NCBI GenBank assembly: GCA_964619465.1
Contig: CAZUES010000021.1
Span: 2,510-66,509, forward strand
DNA from: an uncultured Gemmatimonas sp.
Lineage (GTDB): Bacteria; Gemmatimonadota; Gemmatimonadetes; Gemmatimonadales; GWC2-71-9
Reading direction: 5' to 3'
DNA length: 64,000 nucleotides
Below are positions 8,048 through 16,773 of the stretch, piece after piece. Below the pieces are notes generated by a model. The model did not search any database and was not told the DNA's origin. It saw only the letters and a list, made by a program, of their open reading frames with translations. How positions within the stretch are numbered: the first letter of the stretch is position 1; each line of letters starts with the position of its first letter. A program made the position numbers and the translations under genes.

Positions 8048-9216
8048 CAGTTCGGCAGGTCCAGGGTTCGCCGCACGGTTCGCGCCGTCCCGGTTCCGAA
8101 TCGCGCCGTTACATGGTCGTCGAGCACGCTGAATGCGTAGCGATCGAACTCGAAGAGATGCCACTTGCCATCCGACGCTTCCAGGACGTCATCCGGTTGC
8201 CAGGGCGCCAGCGCCAGGACGTCGTCGGACCGCCGGAGATCGTCCCAGCCCGCCGTCGGTCCGATCACCAGGCCGTGCCGCGTCGTGGTCCAGCGGTCGT
8301 CGCGAGCCACGGTCCGAAGGCTCCGCGGAAAGAGGCGTGCCCAGGTATCCAGCGTGGCGCCGAGGGCGAGCTCGTCGAGGCCGTCGTCGAGCAGGACCGT
8401 GACACGGCCGGTTCCGCCAAAGAGCGCGCGCCGTGCCATCCGCCATTTGTCGCCGGTGGAAATCCCGGGGGCCGGAAAGCTGTCGAGCAGTGCCGGGAAG
8501 GGGTAGGCGATCTCCCGGGCGACCCGTTCGCGCACGGCTGTTCCCAGCAAGCGCTCCACCAGCACTAGGCTGCCTTCGGTGGAGGCAGAGACACCGGCGG
8601 TGGTGATAATGTCGCCGTCTTCTACCCAGCGCGGGCCCCGCTCCCAGCGGGTGTCCCGGTACGCCTTGGCGAGCCCCTTGAGTGCAGCGCTATGGCTGGT
8701 GGCCCGCCGCCCCTCGAGCAGGCCGGCTCGAGCGACGATCCTGGCCCCTTCGCACACCGCGAGTACCCGGGCGCCGCGACCGGCGTGCCGCGCTATCCAG
8801 GCATCGACGGCAGGTTGATCACGGTCGGTGAGATTGGGTACGACGATCGCCGCCGGGACTACGCCACTCGCGTCGAGCTCCGCAAAGGTCAGGTGCGCAC
8901 GGATCGCCAGCCCCCGCCATAGCGGGATCGTGGCGGTATCGCGCGCGATGACCCGCACGTCCAGGGCGCCGGTGCGGGCCAGGATCGCGTAGGGTGCCAT
9001 CAGGTCGAAGATTTCGGTGCCTTCCGAGCCCGCGACGACGACCACCAGCGGAGCGTGACCGAGCCCCGTGCGCGACGCCATCCTCGGCTCGGTGCTGCCC
9101 GCGTAGGGCTGCACGCTGTGGAACTCACTCCATCGAGCGCAGCCCACCGTTGCGGCGGCCGCGAGCAGAATGACGCGGCCGAGGTTTCGGGTACCAGTAA
9201 TGAAAGTCTTTGGCAT
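8047..9216 (-). CDS. Tandem DJ-1/PfpI (class I glutamine amidotransferase-like) protein, probable lipoprotein
   Basis: Lipobox-like LLAAAATVGCA. The first domain has the nucleophile-elbow Cys (VLAVCEGARIVARAGLL) and ITTAGVSAS. The second half (RVTVLLDDGLDELALGATLD) is DJ-1-like but lacks the Cys. Confidence 0.65.
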   Translation of the reverse strand: MPKTFITGTRNLGRVILLAAAATVGCARWSEFHSVQPYAGSTEPRMASRTGLGHAPLVVVVAGSEGTEIFDLMAPYAILARTGALDVRVIARDTATIPLWRGLAIRAHLTFAELDASGVVPAAIVVPNLTDRDQPAVDAWIARHAGRGARVLAVCEGARIVARAGLLEGRRATSHSAALKGLAKAYRDTRWERGPRWVEDGDIITTAGVSASTEGSLVLVERLLGTAVRERVAREIAYPFPALLDSFPAPGISTGDKWRMARRALFGGTGRVTVLLDDGLDELALGATLDTWARLFPRSLRTVARDDRWTTTRHGLVIGPTAGWDDLRRSDDVLALAPWQPDDVLEASDGKWHLFEFDRYAFSVLDDHVTARFGTGTARTVRRTLDLPN

Positions 9217-9385
9217 AGACCTACCAACGGGTTGGCGCGCCCTACGGTTCCTTCGAGGAACGCCCTTGGGACGAACGGCTGCCCGTCGGGGGTAGGTGGG
9301 ACGGGCGCGCTGCTCGACCGGTCGCGCCGGAAGGTCTGGAACGGCCTCACGCTCGCGCTGTTCCAGAATATCGTCTCCGCGTTAT

Positions 9386-9574
9386 CTCGGGAACTCGGAG
9401 ATCGGCGTGATCGCAGCAGGCCGGCGTGCCGACTTGGTGCTGCTCGACAGGAGCCCCTTGGAGGACATTGCCCATGCCGTGACTCTGGCCGGGGTCATGG
9501 TTCACGGGCGCCGGTATTCTCGTGACGATCTCGAGGCGTTCCTCGACGCGGTGGTGCGGAACGTCAATCCGTAG
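9386..9574 (+). pseudogene. C-terminal relic of an amidohydrolase gene
   Basis: LGNSEIGVIAAGRRADLVLLDRSPLEDIAHAVTLAGVMVHGRRY aligns with the C-terminus of the intact amidohydrolase at 13805-15361 (GTVEIGKRADLLIVDRDPRRDASAYDTIRAVILGGRLI). No catalytic N-terminal part lies upstream. Confidence 0.5.
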
Positions 9575-9625
9575 CGACCGGATCCGAGATGGGGAGACTC
9601 GAGTCGAGCGAGTCCCCCGATTAGG

Positions 9626-10138
9626 TCAACGGTCCCGCAGCAGCGCCCGTACCCGGGCCCGGACGGACGCCGTTTCACCGCGCGTGCCAGCCTCGAGGCA
9701 CGCGACGAAGTTGGGGTCGTCGCGGTGAATCACCGCCCAAGCATCCCACGCCCATGCCCGGACGAACGAGCGTGAGCTGGTCACGGCCCGAGCGACGAAA
9801 TGATCGAGCGCGGCCCGGTGGCTCGATTCCCAGCGGAGGTAGCGAAGCAGCTGGCAGCTGTGCAGTACGGCTTGCCAGTCCGCCAGGCGCGACAGGTAGC
9901 CGATCAGACGCGTGGTCTGGCGCTCGGTCGGAGGGTGACCGGACCGCGCCCACGCCAGGAGTAGCCAGGTCGCGCCGTTCTGTTTCCGCTTGTCGCCTAA
10001 GGCTACGAGGTCGAGCAATGTCTCCATCTCGCTCGGCGAGGGCGGTCCGGACGTGACGAGGCGGGTCAGGGAGGCGACTTCCCGGCCGTTCCATCCGAGC
10101 AACGTGTCGATGATGCGAGACATCGGAACTCTCTTCAC
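9626..10138 (-). CDS. Hypothetical cytoplasmic alpha-helical repeat (HEAT / AlkD-like) protein
   Basis: No signal peptide. Helical repeat text includes FVRAWAWDAWAVIHRDDPNFVACLEAGTRGETASVRARVRALL. Its start overlaps the upstream gene stop by 4 nt (ATGA at 10135-10138). Confidence 0.4.
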   Translation of the reverse strand: MKRVPMSRIIDTLLGWNGREVASLTRLVTSGPPSPSEMETLLDLVALGDKRKQNGATWLLLAWARSGHPPTERQTTRLIGYLSRLADWQAVLHSCQLLRYLRWESSHRAALDHFVARAVTSSRSFVRAWAWDAWAVIHRDDPNFVACLEAGTRGETASVRARVRALLRDR

Positions 10139-11079
10139 ATGCCGGATGGGAGGCGGCTCGTGCCATCGATTTGCCGCGGTCGTAGGTAGACCTTGCGTCG
10201 CATATAATCGTAGACGATGTGATAGTCGAGCAGGATGCCCTGGCCAAGGAGCGCTTCGATCGGGTGGGCGGGGCTCGCGACGGTGTTCGGCGTCCCTCGC
10301 ATCAGGACGACCGGCGGCCGCAGGTGCTCAAAGGGGCCGATCCGATACGACGCGAGCGTATCGAGGGCGCTGACGAACGGCTTGTCGTCCGAGCCGCGCT
10401 CGGTGACCTCGGGGTATGTCTTCGCCGGATCGATCAGGCCATACCGCGCCACGGCATCCGAATAGACGCTCGTATGGCGCATCGACCCGGAGTCGAGCAC
10501 AGTGAGGAGGCGCATGACGCGCCCGTCGGCCATGGTGAACGTCGACGTCGTGTAGATCAACCGGTTCGGTGCGATGGTGATATCGAGTGCGGTGTCGGTG
10601 CCGTCGGCGACGTATCGGTCGGCGGCATGGATGCGCATCGTCATGTCGTCGAAGTCGTGCTCGACGACGTAACGGCTGAACAGTTCGTAGCCGATCACTC
10701 CGTCGATCCGCCGGCCCAGAGCGGTGCTCATCGACCCCAGCGGGATGATCGTCAACGTGATCGCGGGGAGCACGACGGATCCGAATGCAACGGTGTTACC
10801 GGCTGACCATCGTGCCGGGATCGAACCGCCGGCGCCGGTGCTCGTGGTGGTACCGTCAACGATCAGACCGATGCGCTCCGCCGCGGACGAATCGATGGCC
10901 GTGCCGCCGGCTCCGCTGTCCAGGATGAACGTGAGGGAGTCCACGCCGTTCACGGCGACCGTGGTAACCACGAGCCGGCGCACCAAGTCGATCGGGCGTT
11001 GCACGGGCGGGGCGGACTCGGTCAGCGCGGTACATGCGGCGAGCATGGCAGCGGCGATGAGCATCGGATGAAGTATCAT
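10135..11079 (-). CDS. Retropepsin-like aspartyl protease lipoprotein with two D-S-G motifs in one chain
   Basis: Lipobox MLIAAAMLAACTA. Two catalytic-type motifs are present: TFILDSGAGGTAID and LTVLDSGSMRHTS. Confidence 0.65.
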   Translation of the reverse strand: MILHPMLIAAAMLAACTALTESAPPVQRPIDLVRRLVVTTVAVNGVDSLTFILDSGAGGTAIDSSAAERIGLIVDGTTTSTGAGGSIPARWSAGNTVAFGSVVLPAITLTIIPLGSMSTALGRRIDGVIGYELFSRYVVEHDFDDMTMRIHAADRYVADGTDTALDITIAPNRLIYTTSTFTMADGRVMRLLTVLDSGSMRHTSVYSDAVARYGLIDPAKTYPEVTERGSDDKPFVSALDTLASYRIGPFEHLRPPVVLMRGTPNTVASPAHPIEALLGQGILLDYHIVYDYMRRKVYLRPRQIDGTSRLPSGM

Positions 11080-11209
11080 CGATCGTTCCGGACGGGTATG
11101 ACTCGTAAATACGCAAACCTCCGACCCTGCGTTTTGCCGTTGGCCCCGGAGGCGCGACCGGTCGGCCCAGGGCGAGGAGATGATGCACGATATCGGATCC
11201 GCTGAGGGT

Positions 11210-11872
11210 TCAAAGCTTGTGACGTGCGGGCTGCCGTCGCAGCAATCCGAGGGCCCAAACGGACACGATCAGAAACCAGGACCCGACGAACGGTCCGCCG
11301 TCGACCAGTCCGGCCTCGCGAGGCGGAATCGGAAACGTCGCGAGGTTGAAGACCAGGGTAACGCCGGCGATGACGAGGCCGATCGCGCCGAGCACCCGCG
11401 CTCGACCGGGGCGGAGCGCAATGACGCCGGCAAAGAGCAGCGAGCCGATCAACACGTAGACGTCCCACGCGACGTCCAAGCCGAGTTGAACGGTCGCGAC
11501 CCCGGCTAGTATCGCGTGCCAGGTGCCAGCTGCGGATTCCGATGCGCCGGCGATCCGCTGGTTGAGGAGGACCACGCCCGAGGACTGGGTCAGGGTCATT
11601 GCCGTAAAGGAAGCGCCTGCGACGATTCCCCACGTCCGCGCGATGGCGAGAACGGCCCGTTGCCACGCGAGTTCCGTGGCCAAGGCCGCTTCCAGACCCA
11701 GGAACCCCGCCATGACCAGTGGACCGAACGCCACGTGAGCCAGGAAATCCACCCGATCGGGGAGGGGAAGGACGCTCCATGCGGTAAAGAGGAGGGCAGC
11801 GGTCAGACCCATCGCCGTGCCGAGGACGGCGAGCGGGCGCCGATCGGAGTCGTCATATCGCTTGCTCGACAT
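11210..11872 (-). CDS. Integral membrane protein (about 6 TM helices), family not recognised
   Basis: Only the last 220 codons of the 850-aa track ORF look coding, with hydrophobic helices such as LAVLGTAMGLTAALLFTAW and VLGAIGLVIAGVTLVFNL. ATG at 11872. An upstream start at MSLAS or MRAPW is possible. Confidence 0.5.
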   Translation of the reverse strand: MSSKRYDDSDRRPLAVLGTAMGLTAALLFTAWSVLPLPDRVDFLAHVAFGPLVMAGFLGLEAALATELAWQRAVLAIARTWGIVAGASFTAMTLTQSSGVVLLNQRIAGASESAAGTWHAILAGVATVQLGLDVAWDVYVLIGSLLFAGVIALRPGRARVLGAIGLVIAGVTLVFNLATFPIPPREAGLVDGGPFVGSWFLIVSVWALGLLRRQPARHKL

Positions 11873-12217
11873 TGGAGTGCTCCCCAGAGGTTCGACGATC
11901 CGGCATGCTGTCGGGGTGATCGGTCCGAGCCCTTCGAGGATCAGGAGCAGGGTGACCAGCCAGGGTGCGCGCATTCGGTCGAGCCGGGATGCGAGGCTCA
12001 TCGCGATCCCGAGTTGCCCTGTCTCACCGATGAGCTCTGCATGCTGATACGTATATCGGCCGACCGATGCTTCGCCGTTCGACCCGGGGCGACATCCGGT
12101 CGGCACACGAACCCATTCGTGGTGCAACAAGCGCGGGCTTCGGTTCGTCTTGCCGACAGCAGCCGGGCGATTCGGTTGCTCGGTACCGTTCGGTAAACCT
12201 ATGATCGGAAGGTGCGA

Positions 12218-13597
12218 ATGCTTCGCCTTACCCTCGTGCTCATTGTCCTCGCACCGGTCGCCGTCCAAGGGCAGGGGCTGCTGACGTGTTCGGCTCCGAC
12301 GGCCCATTGGTCCGACTATTACGCGGCGCTGGCTTTTTCCGAGACCCAGTTCGACGATATCCGGGGCACCCACCGGATGACGGCGGCCGAAGCAGCCGAG
12401 CGCAATCATTTCCGCTTCGACTACGATCGCAATCGCCGGCTGGTACGGGTCACATTCGCCTTGGGCAACACGCCTCGATCCGTCAATAACCACACCAGGA
12501 CATTTTTTTCCGAAACAGCGGTCGTGACGATCTGCCATCACGACGGCATGGAGGTCCGCCATTTCCTCGATGATCGAGGCAATCCGGCGCTGACCAAGGG
12601 CAACGTCGCGGAGGAGCGCTACGTACTCGATAGTCTCGGTTACCGAACGGCGCTCACCTTTCACGATGCCGCCGGCCAGCCCGTTCAGAACGGTTGGGGC
12701 ACGGCCCGGATTACGTGGGAGCGGCGCAAGGATGGAACCGTGATCGAACATCGGGTCGATGCTGCCGGTTCCCCGGCTCCGATCCGTCCCGGGTTTCCGT
12801 TTCACCGCCTTCGCTTCCATTACGGCCACAACGGCTGGCTCGTGCTGATGGAAAACATCGACTCGGCCGGCAACCTGGTACGGAGTCCGCAGCATGCGGC
12901 CCAGGATCATCTCGAATATCGTCCCACCGGCGAGATGCTGGCGTGGAATGTCTACGACGAATACGAAGCACGGGTAGAAGGCAATCCACCCAACGTCGCT
13001 CGCGGCATTCGGATCTACGACACCAACGGGTACCACCAGGAGCTTCGGCATCAGGATCGCCACTTCGGTCCGATGGCGGACGCGGGCGGAGTCGTTCGGT
13101 TGATCCACACGTTCGATCGCTTCGGGAACCTCGCCACTCGCCGCACCGCCGATTCGACGGGCCGAACCGTCATGTTGACGTCGGCCGGTTTCGCCACGGT
13201 GCGCGAAACCTGGGACGCCAGCGGGCTCCGCCATCTCCGGACCGAATTTCTCGATGCGGAGGATCGACCGGTACTGTCGCAGGGAGGGTTCGCGGCGATC
13301 GACCGGATCCATGACGATCGCGGCCTGGTGAGAGAGCTCCGATTCCTTGACGTCACTGGACGGCTCGCCTCGCGGGCCAACGGCGGCGTCGCCATTCAAG
13401 CCTTGGAGTATGATGCGCAGCGTCGTCTCACGCGGGTCCGATATCTGGACGCAAACCGCGCTCCCGTCGCGCTCCAGGGAGTGGCGGAGCAGGAGATCCG
13501 GTATCGACCGAACGGGTACATCGCGGGTGTAGTCCGGCGCGACCGTGAGGGCCGATCGATAGAGCCATCCACACCAGGTAATTCCAGACCGGAGTGA
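12218..13597 (+). CDS. Secreted YD/RHS-like repeat module, paralogue of the N-terminal half of 3622-6309; it lacks a hydrolase domain and is probably 3'-truncated
   Basis: It is co-linear with the 3622 gene from CSAPTAHWSDYYAALAFSETQFDD through RFDYDRNRRLVRVTFAL, ERYVLDSLGYRTALTFHD and FDRFGNL to YRPNGYIAGVV. The last 18 aa or so (DREGRSIEPSTPGNSRPE) have no counterpart. GGAAGG lies 5-6 nt before the ATG at 12218; the GTG at 12212 is an alternative start. Confidence 0.7.
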   Translation: MLRLTLVLIVLAPVAVQGQGLLTCSAPTAHWSDYYAALAFSETQFDDIRGTHRMTAAEAAERNHFRFDYDRNRRLVRVTFALGNTPRSVNNHTRTFFSETAVVTICHHDGMEVRHFLDDRGNPALTKGNVAEERYVLDSLGYRTALTFHDAAGQPVQNGWGTARITWERRKDGTVIEHRVDAAGSPAPIRPGFPFHRLRFHYGHNGWLVLMENIDSAGNLVRSPQHAAQDHLEYRPTGEMLAWNVYDEYEARVEGNPPNVARGIRIYDTNGYHQELRHQDRHFGPMADAGGVVRLIHTFDRFGNLATRRTADSTGRTVMLTSAGFATVRETWDASGLRHLRTEFLDAEDRPVLSQGGFAAIDRIHDDRGLVRELRFLDVTGRLASRANGGVAIQALEYDAQRRLTRVRYLDANRAPVALQGVAEQEIRYRPNGYIAGVVRRDREGRSIEPSTPGNSRPE

Positions 13598-13804
13598 CGG
13601 CGAAGTAACTGGGTGCCGCCTCAGGCCCGACGACCGGTTCGCCGTCGGGGATCTCGCCCCACCCCACCAAGCGATTGCCGGCGATCCGCATCCCGGTGAA
13701 ACGCCGATTCGGCCACACCGTGCCGAGGAATCGATACCGTCGATAGCCGATGTCGAGCACAAGGTTTCGCGAGCGTGGTCATGCGGGGTTCCGCTGAGGA
13801 CCGG

Positions 13805-15361
13805 TCATCGAGCGGTCCGCGTCCACCGAGCCGACAGGGTGTTCCGGTCGATCAGGCGCCCGCCAAGGATCACCGCTCGGATCGTGTCATAGGCGGATGC
13901 GTCCCGCCGCGGATCGCGGTCGACGATCAGCAGGTCGGCACGTTTGCCGATCTCGACGGTTCCGATTTCATGCCCGAGTCCGAATGCGGTTGCATTGCGA
14001 CGCGTCAGCGCGTCGAAGATCTCGAGTGGGGGGATCCCGGCCGCTGCCCAACCCTGGATTTCCAGGTAGCCGTTGAGGCCGGGCGGATTGCCGATGCCGT
14101 CGGCAGCCGGTGTGTCCGTACCGAAGAGCAGGGGGATCCCCGCAGTTCGGTAGCGCCGCATCATGGTGCGAACGCGCGCCCTGAACACCTCCAGGTAGTG
14201 GACGGCCGGCGTGGTGTCGGCGGGAATCAGCTTGGCGTACAGCGCGTGGAGGTCGCGTTGAGCACGGCGGCCGGAATCGGTGCGGGCCCAGGCGATCCAC
14301 ACCGGTGGAAGCACGTCAGGGAGCCCGGGGTGGTCGATCAGCTGCCAGGTCCAGGTGTCGTATTCGCCTTCGATGACGCGGAGGGTCGGTTGTACGGCGA
14401 TCTGGCGCTGCGAGAGTTCGCGAATCACGCGCTCCACGGCTTGCGAAGGGATCGTGTCCAGTCGGGGGCCGGGCCAGTGCCAGAGCCCATGCGCGATGAG
14501 ATCGACTCCGGCCGCGAGTCCGGCCTCGTACCCGTCGAGACCGGTGGCGTGCAACATCAGAGGTAGACGATGTACTCGGGCAGCTCGACCGATCCGTGCC
14601 AGCAGATCCGCCGCCGGCGTCGGCCAGGCGAACGCGCCGCCGAAGCCGGATTCGTGATACGTCTTGATGCATTGTGCCCCCTCGGCCGTCAGGCGGGCGA
14701 CCAGCGCCTCCGGGGTGTGACGCTCGAGATCGACCGAGTCCGGGATGGTCGCTCGCTGGGCATCATCGAAGGTCCAGATCGGGAAGAGTCGTAGGCGCGC
14801 GGCGTTGGGGAACAGCGCGGGGCCGTAGCCGTCGTAGTGCCGGATGCCACGCCCGCAGGAGACGACGGAGGGGACCGCCGACAACGCTTCCCATCTGGCG
14901 CGGGTGCTCGCGCGGAGGTCGGGATCGACCACCGTCGTGAAGCCAAAATAGAGCAGGCTCCGGGGCACCTGGTTGTGATAGCTGCGGACCAGATCCGGGT
15001 GCGACTCGGCCTCGTCGTCCGAGATCGGGAGGTGGCCGATGTGGACGTGGCCGTCGATCAGACCGGGGATGAGAAAACGGCCGCCGAGGTCCAATTCCCG
15101 TACCCCCGACCGGGTGGGAGGCGCGCCGTTCCCGATCCACGCGATGCGACCGTTCTCGATCAGGACCGAGGCGTCCTTCAGCGGCTCGGCGCGCTCGGCC
15201 GACACCACAGTGACGCGTCGAAGGAGCAGGTCGGGCTCCTGGGCTGCGAGTCGCTCCGGCCCGAGCGGGGTGCCTGCTGCTGCGGTACAGGCCGTGGCCA
15301 GACCCCAGCTAAGCTGGCGGAGGCGGGCTCGTGCGCGCGGCCCGATCGTGACGAGAACCAT
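13805..15361 (-). CDS. Secreted metal-dependent amidohydrolase (amidohydrolase_1 superfamily)
   Basis: Signal-like N-terminus, then RVTVVSAE...VLIENGRIAWIG and the HxH metal motif GLIDGHVHIGH. C-terminal block GTVEIGKRADLLIVDRDP. Confidence 0.8.
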   Translation of the reverse strand: MVLVTIGPRARARLRQLSWGLATACTAAAGTPLGPERLAAQEPDLLLRRVTVVSAERAEPLKDASVLIENGRIAWIGNGAPPTRSGVRELDLGGRFLIPGLIDGHVHIGHLPISDDEAESHPDLVRSYHNQVPRSLLYFGFTTVVDPDLRASTRARWEALSAVPSVVSCGRGIRHYDGYGPALFPNAARLRLFPIWTFDDAQRATIPDSVDLERHTPEALVARLTAEGAQCIKTYHESGFGGAFAWPTPAADLLARIGRAARVHRLPLMLHATGLDGYEAGLAAGVDLIAHGLWHWPGPRLDTIPSQAVERVIRELSQRQIAVQPTLRVIEGEYDTWTWQLIDHPGLPDVLPPVWIAWARTDSGRRAQRDLHALYAKLIPADTTPAVHYLEVFRARVRTMMRRYRTAGIPLLFGTDTPAADGIGNPPGLNGYLEIQGWAAAGIPPLEIFDALTRRNATAFGLGHEIGTVEIGKRADLLIVDRDPRRDASAYDTIRAVILGGRLIDRNTLSARWTRTAR

Positions 15362-15760
15362 CCCCTTCTAGACGGAGATGGCGCCGCAGGGTTTCATCCC
15401 GGTCCATGTCGGATCACGAATGGTCGCAGGAGTGGGACGTGAGGGCACTGTGTGATGCGGCGGTGCTTCGTCCTGGTCGCCTCGGAGGGGCATGGGTGCT
15501 CCAGCCACATCGTGATCTGTCGGATCGGACGAAGCTCCGACTTCTCGATCGGGAAAATCGGGAGCGATTTTCCGAATGCGCCGCGGGTCGAGCGGTTGGA
15601 TGGCCGATTCCAACGGGAATAGGGCGATCGAATCGAGGTACTGGCTGTGCTAAGTTCGGGGGGCCGCGGTCCCCGGTCCGACGGTGGTCATTCGACCACA
15701 GATTGCCAGATTGCCGGACTTCGAGATGAACCATATGGACGGTGGGAGTGCCTCGCCGGG

Positions 15761-16768
15761 ATGCTTGCTCATTATTACTTCGATCCGGATGGACCCGGGG
15801 CTGCGCTCGCAGTCGTCAAGGACGGCGCGGCACCGATGGTGGAATGCGTCGGTCTCGCCGATGTCGAGGGCGGGGTCCCGATCACGCCGGACACGGTCTT
15901 CGAGCTCGGCAGCGCTTCCAAGACGTTCACGGCGACGGCCGTCCTGCTGGCGGCCGAGCGCGGCCGCCTCGATCTGAGCTCCCCGGTCGGCGCGTACCTG
16001 CCGATCTGGCGAAATGGCGTTGCGGGACGGCCGGTGACGGTCGCCGATCTGCTCCGGCATACCTCGGGTTTGCATGATTATCTCGAGGCGGGGCCGTACC
16101 AGACGCCGCTCGATGAACTGCGCATGGCGTCGGTGCTCGATCGCCTGCCCGACTGGTCGCATTCGGCCGTGCCGGGGCTCGCCTTCCGCTACTCCAACAC
16201 CAACTACGTCGTGCTTGCCCACCTGCTGGAGACAGTAGTCGGGCAGCCGTTCGCCGAGTTCGTTGCGGACCATCTGATCCGTCCGTTCGGCCTTCGCTCG
16301 ACAGCGGTAGATCCCGAGCGGGTGACCGTTGTCGGTCGGGTGGCTTGCGGCTATCACAACCGGGGCTTCGGGTTTCCGCTTGTGGTGCCCAGTAACCCAT
16401 GTCCTTGCGACACGTACGGCGACGGGGGAATGCTCAGCACGTTGAACGACCTGCTCCGTTGGCAGTCGTGCTTCTGGGAGAGCAAGATCCTGGCGGAGTC
16501 CTCGCTGCGGCTGATGCGAAGCCGGGGACAGTTGGATTCGGGGGAACGGTTCGACTACGGTCTGGGTCTGCAGGTCGAGAAACACGATCAGGACGATGCT
16601 TGGTACGGCCACGGCGGCAGCTGGACCGACACTACCACCCTGATCGGCAGGTACGCGAACGCTCGCACGACCATCATCGTGCTCTCGAACGAGTTCATGG
16701 CGCCGGTGGAGCGCATAGCGCAACGCGCGTTCGCGTTGACGCGAGATCGGGACGAGCGGTCGTTCTGA
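15761..16768 (+). CDS. Beta-lactamase-fold serine hydrolase (class C / esterase-like)
   Basis: S-x-x-K (FELGSASKTFTATAV), Y-x-N (FRYSNTNYVVL) and HGGSW. Start chosen at the ATG at 15761. Confidence 0.8.
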   Translation: MLAHYYFDPDGPGAALAVVKDGAAPMVECVGLADVEGGVPITPDTVFELGSASKTFTATAVLLAAERGRLDLSSPVGAYLPIWRNGVAGRPVTVADLLRHTSGLHDYLEAGPYQTPLDELRMASVLDRLPDWSHSAVPGLAFRYSNTNYVVLAHLLETVVGQPFAEFVADHLIRPFGLRSTAVDPERVTVVGRVACGYHNRGFGFPLVVPSNPCPCDTYGDGGMLSTLNDLLRWQSCFWESKILAESSLRLMRSRGQLDSGERFDYGLGLQVEKHDQDDAWYGHGGSWTDTTTLIGRYANARTTIIVLSNEFMAPVERIAQRAFALTRDRDERSF

Positions 16769-16773
16769 AGCGC

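Noticed and set aside
11873-13762. The upstream 630 codons of the 850-aa minus-strand ORF 11210-13762.
   Set aside because: This part runs antisense to the well-supported YD-repeat gene and has junk-like composition. Only the last 220 codons (11210-11872) show membrane-protein character.
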